Positions 8,902 through 18,355 of a stretch of 64,000 nt of DNA are shown in pieces. Source of the stretch: a virus. The position numbers were made by a program, and so were the translations under genes. How positions within the stretch are numbered: position 1 is the stretch's first letter; the number at the start of each line of letters is the position of its first letter. The notes beneath the pieces were generated by a model. That model made no database searches. It was not told where the DNA came from and saw only the letters and a list, made by a program, of their open reading frames with translations. Location of the stretch: positions 9,052 through 73,051 of IMG/VR virus record IMGVR_UViG_3300029448_000014. One strand, 5' to 3'.

Positions 8902-9639
8902 TTAAAACTCAGTGTTATCTTGTTCTGGTACAGCATTAGTTACAGTCGGTGCGACTACAGCGCCTCGCTTATCCTGTCCGCCAGCAGGGAGACCTTTTTC
9001 GTTAGTTGCACGGCCCTCAAAAGGATCCTTTCCTTCAAAGAAATTGGGGAGCCAAATACTATCTCGTGAGGTCTTCCACTCTTCAGCAATTTTCGCCGGT
9101 ACTTTACGTACTTTCGGAAGAATACTATATGTAGTTTCCAGCCCAGCTCCCTTACGGCTAATTTTAATCGAAAAATTTGCCAAGCCTTCTTCTGTCCAAG
9201 TGTAGTCTTCAATTTCTTGAAGGACTTCTGTAAGTTGATCACGGATTGATTTCTGCTCAATAAATAAAACTTCTAATCGTGCACGTGTTGCTGAGGTTGC
9301 AACCCATGCAAGGAAGCGGCGGGGTTTGACATAACTTCCGTCGATTTTGGGGCGATCTGGTTTGGACCAGTCGGTTTCACGGGCAATATCAGTAGGAGAA
9401 CCAGGGTGGCTCCTAGTAACGACGTAACCATTAAAGCGGAGGTCACCGGTCTTAGGATCTTGGATTTCTGATGCATACTGCCAGCCTGTAATAGCGTGAC
9501 CTGTTTCATAACATCCAAGAAGTCTAAATTCCTCTGATTCTCCATCTTTTAGTGAACTAGGTTTCCAGTATGGTTGTGGTTCTTGTGTTGTAATTTTGTT
9601 GTCCGCCAGTAATTCTGGTGGAAGGACTTGTAGGTTCAT
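8902..9639 (-). CDS. putative ssDNA-binding/recombination protein
   Basis: FRLLG...ISRKGAGLETTYSILP resembles gp32-like phage SSBs; acidic-aromatic tail EQDNTEF; next to the exonuclease. Confidence 0.55.
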   Translation of the reverse strand: MNLQVLPPELLADNKITTQEPQPYWKPSSLKDGESEEFRLLGCYETGHAITGWQYASEIQDPKTGDLRFNGYVVTRSHPGSPTDIARETDWSKPDRPKIDGSYVKPRRFLAWVATSATRARLEVLFIEQKSIRDQLTEVLQEIEDYTWTEEGLANFSIKISRKGAGLETTYSILPKVRKVPAKIAEEWKTSRDSIWLPNFFEGKDPFEGRATNEKGLPAGGQDKRGAVVAPTVTNAVPEQDNTEF

Positions 9640-9702
9640 ATGAAGTGACTATCAACTATTCAAATATACTTAGTACAATAAGTAAATGTGAGTTAATTAG
9701 TC

Positions 9703-9927
9703 ATGCGATTTGCTAAAGAATACGTAGATCCAGAGTTGCTTGAAGCTCTTCTACCAGATCTAGGTAGACCAGGCACGAATTACGACCAATATGAAATCTT
9801 AACTCCACCAGCGGAAGGTGGCTATTCAACATTCAAATTAACTCCAGAGTTGGAAGATTTTTTTGCTAGTCAACGTGGTTTTAGACACCATGGGTGGATG
9901 GGCGGACCAACACCAGACCAATACTAA
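9703..9927 (+). CDS. hypothetical protein
   Basis: 74 aa ORF with TACAAT 29 nt upstream. Confidence 0.6.
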   Translation: MRFAKEYVDPELLEALLPDLGRPGTNYDQYEILTPPAEGGYSTFKLTPELEDFFASQRGFRHHGWMGGPTPDQY

Positions 9928-10018
9928 TTTTTCAAATCACCTTTCTTTGAAGCGTTTCCAGAGCGTTAATCGCTTCAGCTACACTCATTAAAAAAGCCGG
10001 TGCTAACCGGCAGTATTA

Positions 10019-10678
10019 TTAGTAATCTGGCGTCGGATCAAGTTCTGTATATCCTACTGCTGAACCACTTGATTGTGGATTATTAGACTGACGTTGCTGA
10101 TCAGCTCTGGTACTAAAGTCAGTTGCAACAATAGCTCGATATGGACTATCTGAATCATCTTTACGATATTCGCGAAGATAACCTTGGACGCAAATAGCAC
10201 GACCTTTTCGGCACCTTTCAGTTAGCTTTTTCTTACGTGATTCGTGAGTCTCTAAGTAAAGCCAGGTAGTGACACTAGAGTTATCTAGTGAAGTACCGAT
10301 TTTGACAGCAATTTGACTATTCTTGCGTTCTTTAATTTCATCGCTACCAAAGAATGCATTTCCAAGAACGACTTGATTGCAATACATATCTTGTGGGATA
10401 TTGGTTTCTATCGTAGTGATAATCAGATCCAATGGCTTAGATGTATCGTCACTAAAGTGAATGTTGCCAGTCACTAAAGCTCTGGTGCCTGCTTTCCAGT
10501 TTTGGAAAGTTGTAAGTTTGGCACCGGCTTTGTCGTAACAGAGTAGACGTAGTTTGACCTCTGAGCCACTGTTACCAGCGGGCACAATAGCGTCAGCACC
10601 CCGATAGTCCAACCCATAAGCGTTGATTGGATCGTTAATGGGAGATTTGAATTCAACGGTTGCTGCTATAAAGTTCAT
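10019..10678 (-). CDS. SSB-like protein with tandem OB folds
   Basis: Two OB-like halves (KAGTRALVTGNI; RKGRAICVQGYLR); acidic tail ELDPTPDY. Confidence 0.6.
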   Translation of the reverse strand: MNFIAATVEFKSPINDPINAYGLDYRGADAIVPAGNSGSEVKLRLLCYDKAGAKLTTFQNWKAGTRALVTGNIHFSDDTSKPLDLIITTIETNIPQDMYCNQVVLGNAFFGSDEIKERKNSQIAVKIGTSLDNSSVTTWLYLETHESRKKKLTERCRKGRAICVQGYLREYRKDDSDSPYRAIVATDFSTRADQQRQSNNPQSSGSAVGYTELDPTPDY

Positions 10679-10717
10679 TTAGACAGATATAGATATTATC
10701 AGTCTCAATCATATACA

Positions 10718-11350
10718 TTAACCCCACATTGCGCGAGATATATTTGGAAGTTCAGTGTCAAGAATTTCACCAACTGACCTTGCAATCTTCATATGCTCTT
10801 TTTGGGTACCATTTTCTCCGCGTAAAGCTACGTAATGAAGCCAACTTCGGATTGTTCCTGACATATAAAGCCTGGTCACAGTATTTAGTGGCAGAACAGC
10901 ACGTGCACATTCTTTAGCTACATCTGAATGCAACAGAGATTCATACAAATTGACTGACTCTCGAAAGTGATCGTCGATTCTATTCTTATAATATTCTAAA
11001 GTTTCTTTAGGTAGGTCATCAATAGAGTTCTGCCTATTGCTTGTGTCTTGTCTGCGTAATTCAGGAAGAACAGTTGCAAAAGTGTCTGTAGGAATCGCGT
11101 ACCGTTGAGAAAACTCTTGAAAAGAAAAACTACGATGACGCAAAATCTGTGAAGAAATAGCGCGAGTCGTATGAATTTCAATGCACATTGATGCCATTTC
11201 GAATGGGCTCCAATGCTTATGTTTGATTAGATACTTAAGTAGTTTCTTTGAATCAGGATTGTTTTCATTAGAAGGATTGGAAACTCTAGCAATTTTTCCA
11301 ATAAGTTGTTCAGCATCTGGAGTTACCCAGATGAGTTTAGCGCTGTGCAT
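10718..11350 (-). CDS. thyX: flavin-dependent thymidylate synthase
   Basis: HWSPFE, RHRSFSFQEFSQRY, KECARAVLP. Confidence 0.97.
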   Translation of the reverse strand: MHSAKLIWVTPDAEQLIGKIARVSNPSNENNPDSKKLLKYLIKHKHWSPFEMASMCIEIHTTRAISSQILRHRSFSFQEFSQRYAIPTDTFATVLPELRRQDTSNRQNSIDDLPKETLEYYKNRIDDHFRESVNLYESLLHSDVAKECARAVLPLNTVTRLYMSGTIRSWLHYVALRGENGTQKEHMKIARSVGEILDTELPNISRAMWG

Positions 11351-11374
11351 AACTTGTCAAAAATTTTTTAAGAT

Positions 11375-11593
11375 TTAGGAGTCTTCATGTGTTGGGATTG
11401 TAGATTCCAATTTATCCTCTACTCTATCCAATTCAAGTATTTGGTTGACGTGATATTTTCGCCAATCATCGATAGCGAGTTTAAACCCTAATACAAGATT
11501 ATTGCCAAAATCAGGCGAATCGTGCTGAATGTCTGCAATAAAATCAGCAAACATCTCTGCGTAGTATTTAGTTGTTCCATATTCACTTGTCAT
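11375..11593 (-). CDS. hypothetical protein
   Basis: 72 aa ORF in operon. Confidence 0.65.
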   Translation of the reverse strand: MTSEYGTTKYYAEMFADFIADIQHDSPDFGNNLVLGFKLAIDDWRKYHVNQILELDRVEDKLESTIPTHEDS

Positions 11594-11883
11594 TCTTCTT
11601 TCCCTCCAGTTTGAATTCTTCCATACATATTTGGTCTGATGTTGCCGTAGCCAGATTTGACAGTCTTTACTTTACCTTTGAGAGGCTGTACTTTATCGTA
11701 GTAAGCATCAAAGATATCAACCTTATTGTAGGCACGTACAGCGTCATATAAGATTTTACCTTCAATTTGATACATAACAATGTGTGTATCTGAAGGCAAA
11801 CCTTTGTGGTCAAAAGTCTCTGGGTCTATTTCTTGATCAAGTATTTGTATTCTGTTCAGTTCTTGTTTAGTAAATTCAAGCAT
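11590..11883 (-). CDS. hypothetical cyanophage protein
   Basis: 97 aa ORF (LPSDTHIV..YDAVRA..VDIFDAYYD..GYGNIRP) directly after nrdB. Confidence 0.7.
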   Translation of the reverse strand: MLEFTKQELNRIQILDQEIDPETFDHKGLPSDTHIVMYQIEGKILYDAVRAYNKVDIFDAYYDKVQPLKGKVKTVKSGYGNIRPNMYGRIQTGGKEE

Positions 11884-12618
11884 TTATGCGTATTGAGGTA
11901 AGTTTTGGTTGGCAGTTTCAAAAAAAGCTGGCATTCTGCTAGCTCTTGTTTCCGCTAGACCTTCGGCTTTTCCACGGGTGTACAAGCTATCTGAACATCC
12001 CAGCCAGAAGTTCGACGAGAGATGCTTGTTATCTGCTTCCCCTTTAAGGGATTGAAGCACCCAAGCAACCGTAGCTCTTCTAAGGTTATTGAGCTCTTTG
12101 TCAGACGTAAGACCGAGCTCTTGGCAGACGAGGGTGTTGGCTGCGACGTGGGTAGTTTCGTCTCTGCTGATATCGGCGCTTGTAGTACGTAATCCTGTAT
12201 CTCCGAGGAATCGGAAGATGGGGAGGAGAACGAAGAAAACACTACGCTCCAACACAACTGCCTTGAGGACTGGATGTCGGTCGAGTTCGAGCCACGCTTT
12301 AGTAATGCGCGAAGCTTCCTTCTCAATCCGATCGGGGATTCGATGCGCTTTAGCAGCGAAATTGAGGGCAATATCATGGTTATCTTCATCTTTAACGTTA
12401 GAAAGCAGCAGTTCTTTACATCCTTCAATATTAGGTAAGTCGCCTTTCATTGCCTCTGCAATAAAGTTACCAACAGGAATCTCTAAACTTCGCAATGCAA
12501 GTGCTCGTTGTACTGCTTCTTCACCACCAATTAGTAGTTTACCAGCAGATACTTGAACAGGTGTCCAAGTTCTTTTACGCTGATGAAGGTGAATATAAGG
12601 TGTTGCTGCTTTTGTCAT
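11884..12618 (-). CDS. nrdB: ribonucleotide reductase class I beta subunit, short cyanophage type
   Basis: Ferritin-like ligands LE, DEDNH, LERSVFF, DISRDETTH; adjacent to the alpha subunit. Confidence 0.85.
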   Translation of the reverse strand: MTKAATPYIHLHQRKRTWTPVQVSAGKLLIGGEEAVQRALALRSLEIPVGNFIAEAMKGDLPNIEGCKELLLSNVKDEDNHDIALNFAAKAHRIPDRIEKEASRITKAWLELDRHPVLKAVVLERSVFFVLLPIFRFLGDTGLRTTSADISRDETTHVAANTLVCQELGLTSDKELNNLRRATVAWVLQSLKGEADNKHLSSNFWLGCSDSLYTRGKAEGLAETRASRMPAFFETANQNLPQYA

Positions 12619-12636
12619 TGGTATATACGGTGTAGT

Positions 12637-14064
12637 TTATTCAGCACAACCGACACAAAGTGTTGGGTCAGTGAATTGATCTAGGTTAGGTACAGCATCA
12701 GTCTCATCATCAATATCATTGAAGTCAAATAAATCACCAAACTGATTATCGAGTGCAACCATGGCATCGTCTTTAGCTTGTGTATTTTGATTTACTTGTA
12801 ATGAGTAATACATACTTGTTTGCGGTGAAGTTAACCACTCATCAATAAATTGATCAGTATAGGAAACTACATCGCTCCAAGTGTTGTAGCTGTAACCGTG
12901 ACATAGATTAGTACGCATCAGCATTTCCATAATGCCGTTAACAACTTGTGTGTAAACAGGCCAACCAACTTGATCAGCTGTTTCAACGTTGCCGTAGTCA
13001 TAATGTTCTACGCCAAATGTAGAGCTGTCCCTATCAACTTTGCGCCCAATCGGTGGTGCGATTTCGGGTGCAGTTGTATAGCCTGCTCGGTCTTTGTAGC
13101 GATATGAGCAAGAGGCCGTTGGTGCAATTGCAAATGCTCGATCCATGTTGGCGGATTTAGCAATGTCAGCTGCAGCATTGATACCTGCTTGAAGTGCTTT
13201 TACAATCTTAATAGCTTCAGGAGTCACTAAATAATCACCATCAGCATAGAGGTGATAGTTAAGCGCATCAGCAAATTGAGCATATGTAACCCCTTCCAAT
13301 GAAAGGAGATTAGCAAGACCAAGCATTCCTAAACCTACTTGTCTATCATCTTCTTGAGAAAGATACTCGCCAGTTTTCTCAACACCGGTTTTTGCATGAA
13401 GCTCGATGAGCTGTGTCATTCCCGTAGAGAATGCACCAACAATATCTTCTGGACGACAACCGCCTAGTGATATGTGTTGTAACAAGCAAGTGCCCCTTGA
13501 TTTGAGAAAAACTTCAAGGCAAACGTTGGCATAAATACGTTCGCCTTTATTATCTTTTCGAATCTTCGCTAACCAAATATCGCCACGTGAGATGCCCTTA
13601 AGAATTGCATTACGTACTTCTTCATTTGCATTGTTCCACATCTTTTCATTAAGATTAATGCAACGTTTAGCCCATGGAATTTCGTGACGTGGTGTCTCAA
13701 TGAACTCAAGGATATCTTTGTGTTCAAGGTCTAGATGCAGGACAACCGCACCATTTTTGTAGACACCGCCTCTGCGGAGCTGCTCATTAAGACAGCTATA
13801 TATTTTGCCAAAAGAGACTGGACCAGAAGCTACCAGACCTTTACCGTTGTCTTCACCTGCAGCACGAAGCTTACTTAAATGAACAGCTACTCCTGCCCCA
13901 AATCTCAATCCGTGGCTGACATAGCGCCAGCTAGCCTCAATGCCATTACGGCCTTCCATACTATCTTCAACTACAAAAACGGTACATGAAACGGGCAAGC
14001 GGCTAGTAGGGTCATCAATCCAATTTTGAACGCGACCAGTGCGGGCTATTAAATTATTTTCCAT
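12637..14064 (-). CDS. nrdA: ribonucleotide reductase alpha subunit, compact cyanophage type
   Basis: PVSCTVF, ANVCLE, GLGMLG, IAPTASCS, YYS pair, C-terminal CVGCAE. Confidence 0.93.
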   Translation of the reverse strand: MENNLIARTGRVQNWIDDPTSRLPVSCTVFVVEDSMEGRNGIEASWRYVSHGLRFGAGVAVHLSKLRAAGEDNGKGLVASGPVSFGKIYSCLNEQLRRGGVYKNGAVVLHLDLEHKDILEFIETPRHEIPWAKRCINLNEKMWNNANEEVRNAILKGISRGDIWLAKIRKDNKGERIYANVCLEVFLKSRGTCLLQHISLGGCRPEDIVGAFSTGMTQLIELHAKTGVEKTGEYLSQEDDRQVGLGMLGLANLLSLEGVTYAQFADALNYHLYADGDYLVTPEAIKIVKALQAGINAAADIAKSANMDRAFAIAPTASCSYRYKDRAGYTTAPEIAPPIGRKVDRDSSTFGVEHYDYGNVETADQVGWPVYTQVVNGIMEMLMRTNLCHGYSYNTWSDVVSYTDQFIDEWLTSPQTSMYYSLQVNQNTQAKDDAMVALDNQFGDLFDFNDIDDETDAVPNLDQFTDPTLCVGCAE

Positions 14065-14494
14065 AGGTATCGTAGTCAGTTGATGTTGTTTGTGGAACGC
14101 AGTCTTGGAGATTCGGAGGCATATAATTAGGACCTTTCAATACCTTACCGTCAGCCCTATAGATGGGTTTTCCTTGTTCATCTAGTTTACTCATATTAGA
14201 ATCGTAAACGCGCTGCATTGCTTCATCTAGGTCAAGATTAAACGCAGCAGCAAACTGATAGCAAACAAAAACAACGTCAGATAGTTCTTTGAGAAGATTT
14301 ATTCGTTTTGCATTGTTTTCGGGGTCTGCATATACTTCATCAGATGCATCTAAAAATTCCTTTGACTCTTCACAGATAAGGCCAACTTGCATGTCCCATA
14401 ATTGCTTTTTGACGAAACCATAACGGGACAGATTGTCAAGTGATTCTTGATTAAATGTTTCGCGGAATATTTGTGCTTGTTCTTGTAATGTCAT
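14054..14494 (-). CDS. mazG: MazG-like (PRA-PH family) nucleotide pyrophosphohydrolase
   Basis: LICEESKEF, LKELSDVVFV, SNMSKL..GKPIYRADGKVLKGPNY. Confidence 0.85.
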   Translation of the reverse strand: MTLQEQAQIFRETFNQESLDNLSRYGFVKKQLWDMQVGLICEESKEFLDASDEVYADPENNAKRINLLKELSDVVFVCYQFAAAFNLDLDEAMQRVYDSNMSKLDEQGKPIYRADGKVLKGPNYMPPNLQDCVPQTTSTDYDTYGK

Positions 14495-14495
14495 T

Positions 14496-14723
14496 TTATT
14501 TTTCTCTTAAGATAATGCGTCCTCTTGTTAAGTCAAAAGGGCTAAGTTCGACAGTGACACGGTCACCAACTAATAGTTGAATCTTCCGTGTAATAAGTTT
14601 ACCTGAAGCACGACACAAGCATTTGTGTCCTTCAGGCTCCTCTAATTCAACGTTAAAAAAACCGTTGCCACTCTCTTTAAAAATCAGCCCCTTCGCTGAT
14701 ATTACGTTTGTTTTTTTGGACAT
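14496..14723 (-). CDS. infA: translation initiation factor IF-1
   Basis: NGFFNVEL..GH...ASGK...KIQLLVGDRVTVELSPFDLTRGRII S1-type IF-1 signature. Confidence 0.92.
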   Translation of the reverse strand: MSKKTNVISAKGLIFKESGNGFFNVELEEPEGHKCLCRASGKLITRKIQLLVGDRVTVELSPFDLTRGRIILREK

Positions 14724-14844
14724 AAGGCAAGTAATAAAAAATATATGTGATTAATCCAGTTGCTTCGTTTTCAGTTATGAATTTCCAGTCAATAGGACAT
14801 TCAGAAAGCCATTTGTTAAATTGTTTGCGTTCTGTTTCGTTCAT
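14677..14844 (-). CDS. hypothetical protein, 55 aa (MNETERKQFNKWLSECPIDW...)
   Basis: Translated manually; below the ORF-track cut-off; fills an operon gap. Confidence 0.5.
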   Translation of the reverse strand: MNETERKQFNKWLSECPIDWKFITENEATGLITYIFYYLPYVQKNKRNISEGADF

Positions 14845-14849
14845 TCAGC

Positions 14850-15008
14850 TCATAAATTATCATCTATTTTGAGGCCATAGTATGTATAAGAATGTACTAC
14901 TGCATTTTCATAATCAGCAGTAGCACATATCTCTTCTAACAGATGTTCGATCAGACTGGGTTTACAGTCAATGATCATTTCAACTTTAAACTTCTTACGC
15001 TGTTGCAT
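14850..15008 (-). CDS. hypothetical protein, 52 aa (MQQRKKFKVEMIID...)
   Basis: Translated manually; coupled to the upstream stop. Confidence 0.55.
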   Translation of the reverse strand: MQQRKKFKVEMIIDCKPSLIEHLLEEICATADYENAVVHSYTYYGLKIDDNL

Positions 15009-15259
15009 TATTTTTGTGAGACGATGGGGCGCATTGAATCCATAAAAGAAACCGCATCTTCAGTGCCATATTTTTTTAGAACGTATAAAAGACATTTAGC
15101 TAACTGATTGTCAGCTATTTTTTGAACCAATTCTTGTTCTTGTTCTTCAAGCCATCCGTCTTTAGATAATGGATAGAGATAATCGTCACCATTACCAATA
15201 GGCGATGGATCAAAGTCATCCAAGTATTCTTGGTAGGCTTTGCGTTGTTCAGGTGTCAT
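15008..15259 (-). CDS. hypothetical protein
   Basis: Coupled ORF in operon. Confidence 0.65.
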   Translation of the reverse strand: MTPEQRKAYQEYLDDFDPSPIGNGDDYLYPLSKDGWLEEQEQELVQKIADNQLAKCLLYVLKKYGTEDAVSFMDSMRPIVSQK

Positions 15260-15444
15260 TCAGGAGAGATTGGTAGAGATACATGTAAATATTCAGCTTC
15301 TTCTATTAATTCAGACGGGGAGTATTCGCCCCATCCGTCATATAGAAGTTGTTGAGCAATTTCAAAGATTTCTTCTTTAGAAGCATCTTTTAAAATAGCA
15401 TCAGTAAGTGCAAACTTGAGTTCTTGAATTTGTTCGTCTGTCAT
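15256..15444 (-). CDS. hypothetical acidic protein
   Basis: Coupled ORF (ATGA overlap). Confidence 0.65.
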   Translation of the reverse strand: MTDEQIQELKFALTDAILKDASKEEIFEIAQQLLYDGWGEYSPSELIEEAEYLHVSLPISPE

Positions 15445-15791
15445 TCAGGAGGATTTGCGTAGGTATAAGCTTCAATGGTGCTATCAAGTGCATCGATGAT
15501 TGCATTGGCACCAATGAATGTTTCAACAGGTTCTTCTGTATAGTCACAGTCTTCATCACCCTCGGCGTCAACTTCACAGTGGAGACCTTCGTAGGTAACA
15601 ACCAAGGTAGGTGTTAGCTCGACTCCAAGCTCCTCTGCAAGGGCTGTGTAGTTACCGTTAGGTGCACGTAGAGGTACGTAATGCAACGCACTCTGTTGAG
15701 CTTCTGTAAGGCAACTTACGTGAGCTTTAAGTCGTTCGCAAGGCGGACAACCTGGTTGAGTGAAGACATATAGTTCGTACTGTTTCATCAT
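15441..15791 (-). CDS. thioredoxin/glutaredoxin-like protein
   Basis: LYVFTQPGCPPC, cis-Pro motif TPTLVV, acidic insertion. Confidence 0.85.
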   Translation of the reverse strand: MMKQYELYVFTQPGCPPCERLKAHVSCLTEAQQSALHYVPLRAPNGNYTALAEELGVELTPTLVVTYEGLHCEVDAEGDEDCDYTEEPVETFIGANAIIDALDSTIEAYTYANPPE

Positions 15792-16096
15792 GCTTTGGTT
15801 CCATCTGTGTAATAGAAACCTCCTAAGCAGTTTCTACTATTTGATACAATCACGTTCCTATTATGCTTATAAGAACGCATACCATGATGATAAACTAACA
15901 TGACAGGTTCACCGACATTTACGGTGTCAAGTCTGGAACACAAGATAGTTTTTATCTCGTTTGGTTTACGTTTGTATTGCATCTCTGCTTCATAAGCAAG
16001 ATGCTGAGTCTCTTCCAACGTATTTGAGTTAAACACAGCTACCATATGTGGTTTAGACACAGGGATAGCTTCCATCTCAGTGATGTAAGGGTTCAT
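15788..16096 (-). CDS. hypothetical protein
   Basis: Coupled ORF. Confidence 0.65.
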   Translation of the reverse strand: MNPYITEMEAIPVSKPHMVAVFNSNTLEETQHLAYEAEMQYKRKPNEIKTILCSRLDTVNVGEPVMLVYHHGMRSYKHNRNVIVSNSRNCLGGFYYTDGTKA

Positions 16097-16281
16097 GATT
16101 TTGTAGTAATCAAAGGTTCGTTGTATTTATCAATTTGAGAAGTTACAACTGTGTTTCCCATCCAACGGTTGTAAGCATCAGGCAGTTCGATCATGAGCTT
16201 GCGGCGCATGTCAGACTGCATATGACTTTTAAGAAACTCAAGCAAGAGTTCTTTTTGTAAGTACGTTAGAGGTTCTGTCAT
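16093..16281 (-). CDS. hypothetical protein
   Basis: Coupled ORF. Confidence 0.65.
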   Translation of the reverse strand: MTEPLTYLQKELLLEFLKSHMQSDMRRKLMIELPDAYNRWMGNTVVTSQIDKYNEPLITTKS

Positions 16282-16481
16282 TAACTTTTAAAAGTGATGC
16301 TTAGGAATGCTGCGTCATCTAGTAGTTGTTTTCGTACTTCACCACTTTCAACATCAGAGCCACGAAAGTGATACTCAGCTACATTTTCAAGGTAGTAATT
16401 AATTTCGTTGTGGACATGGTCATCCAGTGATGCCATGAGAAACGTACGAAAGTTTCTTTGTTGCACTTGATTGAGTGTCAT
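16281..16481 (-). CDS. hypothetical protein
   Basis: Coupled ORF. Confidence 0.65.
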   Translation of the reverse strand: MTLNQVQQRNFRTFLMASLDDHVHNEINYYLENVAEYHFRGSDVESGEVRKQLLDDAAFLSITFKS

Positions 16482-16747
16482 AAACTGTCAGTGATGATTG
16501 ATTGTGCTGCTGCGTTAGAACTTGCTTCGTTGGGACGCACAAGCTTCAACGGAGGCAGATACTTTTTCTCAGCAAGATAGACTTCGATTTCTTCTCGCAT
16601 TCCAGGATATTTAAAAGCGTCAAGACGCCCAAGTATTTCGTTGACATAGAACGAAGGAAGCTCTGGTGAGTCCTGGGCCAATGCTGCGTGGCACAGGCAT
16701 ACGAGATCGAACAGCTCATAATCTGGAATTTTGATTGTTGTAGACAT
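16478..16747 (-). CDS. hypothetical protein
   Basis: Coupled ORF. Confidence 0.65.
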   Translation of the reverse strand: MSTTIKIPDYELFDLVCLCHAALAQDSPELPSFYVNEILGRLDAFKYPGMREEIEVYLAEKKYLPPLKLVRPNEASSNAAAQSIITDSL

Positions 16748-16907
16748 TTAATAGCTCGTAGTATTCTTTTGGATTTTCAGCAAAGTGATCGAGCATTACA
16801 AGCAGAGTTGCAACAGTTGTCTCACGTGTATCGATGGGAAGGTTAAGAAGTACGGCGGTTAGATTCCTCCGTACGTTTCTCAAGCGTCCGACAGTGTCAG
16901 CTGTCAT
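16716..16907 (-). CDS. hypothetical protein
   Basis: ORF in operon. Confidence 0.6.
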   Translation of the reverse strand: MTADTVGRLRNVRRNLTAVLLNLPIDTRETTVATLLVMLDHFAENPKEYYELLNVYNNQNSRL

Positions 16908-17121
16908 CCTCTTGTTCTTTCTTTAGTAGATTTAGTTGTTCTTTGGCATAATGACTAACGACTTCGTCTACAACATCCTGAAGATGTTCAGCATCGAACC
17001 ATTCAAGAGCCAATGCACAGACAGAACGACGTGTTGCCATATTCATAACCGGGTAGTTTTCTACTAGATAAGAATTAATATCAAAAGAAAACTCCCGATC
17101 GTAATCAGGATTAATAGGCAT
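16897..17121 (-). CDS. hypothetical protein
   Basis: Coupled ORF. Confidence 0.65.
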   Translation of the reverse strand: MPINPDYDREFSFDINSYLVENYPVMNMATRRSVCALALEWFDAEHLQDVVDEVVSHYAKEQLNLLKKEQEDDS

Positions 17122-17771
17122 CAGAAATCTTTTACAACTTCGGTCACAACAGTCTCAATAACATTTTGTGGTGAAGTTTCAGAAAGTGCAGTATTGATAA
17201 GTGTTACAGCATCACGCATAAGAGCGTCAGTTTTTGCCTTGTCTTTGTCACTACGTGCTTCCGTAAGTGCTTGATACATATCATTGCTAGTCGCTTTAAT
17301 GCCACCATTGCGGACAGCAGCAAAGCAAGGCTTCATTGCTGAAGTACCTTTCCAGGTGTCGATGGCAATGAAGCTATTCAGTGATTCGCCTTCGAACAAG
17401 CCCATAAGGCTAGTCATGAGGCACTGAGACCAAATAGTCACCAGACCAGAAGTAAGCATGACAGTGCGGTCGCTTTGCGTTGTCAAAAAGACATTGAGCT
17501 TGCTACCGCTGAAGCCTGCTTCAGCATATACGTCATCAACAATGCTTAGACCAGTCAGCCGGACATTACCGATGCGAGATACAGGTTTACCTGATGATTC
17601 AAGTAGTGCAACTTTTTGGTCATCACCTACGTACTGGAAGTAAACAGCTTCACTATCCTTGACTAGGCCAACGCCAATCATGAGATCTACAGATTGTGTT
17701 GCTTGTCCTCCAAACTCGGCAACGATTGAAGCGGTTTCGACAGAAGGATTAGCAGTTGAAATAACAGTCAT
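17121..17771 (-). CDS. hypothetical protein
   Basis: Long ORF; likely start MTVISTANP at 17771, downstream of hairpins. Confidence 0.75.
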   Translation of the reverse strand: MTVISTANPSVETASIVAEFGGQATQSVDLMIGVGLVKDSEAVYFQYVGDDQKVALLESSGKPVSRIGNVRLTGLSIVDDVYAEAGFSGSKLNVFLTTQSDRTVMLTSGLVTIWSQCLMTSLMGLFEGESLNSFIAIDTWKGTSAMKPCFAAVRNGGIKATSNDMYQALTEARSDKDKAKTDALMRDAVTLINTALSETSPQNVIETVVTEVVKDF

Positions 17772-17846
17772 TTTATTTTTAGATAGGTTGAACGACTGCC
17801 CCTTAAGGGGCATTAATGTAAACAGCCGGCGTTAGCCGGCATAGGG

Positions 17847-18017
17847 TTATACGGTTGGCGTTAACTCACCAGCAAGCTCAGCTTGTTTGGCAACAGCTAA
17901 ACACTCAATGATTTTCCAGACCATTTCACCAGATAACTGATGAAGATCACATGCATACTCAATCGTGTCTTCGATCACCTCGGTGAGTTCGTTCAACACG
18001 TCTGAAGAAATTTTCAT
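17847..18017 (-). CDS. small acidic cyanophage protein, 56 aa (MKISSDVLNELTEVIEDTIEYACD...SGEMVW)
   Basis: Translated manually; bracketed by two hairpin repeats. Confidence 0.65.
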   Translation of the reverse strand: MKISSDVLNELTEVIEDTIEYACDLHQLSGEMVWKIIECLAVAKQAELAGELTPTV

Positions 18018-18130
18018 TTAGCTCAAGATATAATTTGCTTTAGCCCTTTCGGACACTTTTAACTATAGCCGGCATTTGCCGGCCATGGGCTGCTACTTTG
18101 ATGAATTAAATATTAAGTATCAGCTAGTTG

Positions 18131-18325
18131 TTAAAAGATGCCAGGGATAAGATCACCTGTCAGTGCATAAGCACCAATTGCTGCAATAACACCAAGCATT
18201 GCTAGGCGCCCGTTGAGCTTTTCTGCTTTTTCGTTGTGTGTCACGGAAATCTCCATTACTTGCATTTGAGGCTCTGTGGCGTAAATATTTGTACGTCCGC
18301 CGTCTTCAGTTACTGTTGTCATCAT
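18131..18325 (-). CDS. hli: high-light-inducible protein
   Basis: AEKLNGRLAMLG...TGDLIPGIF; AGGAG RBS. Confidence 0.96.
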   Translation of the reverse strand: MMTTVTEDGGRTNIYATEPQMQVMEISVTHNEKAEKLNGRLAMLGVIAAIGAYALTGDLIPGIF

Positions 18326-18355
18326 AACTCCTTAATTATTAATTATTGTAACGGA

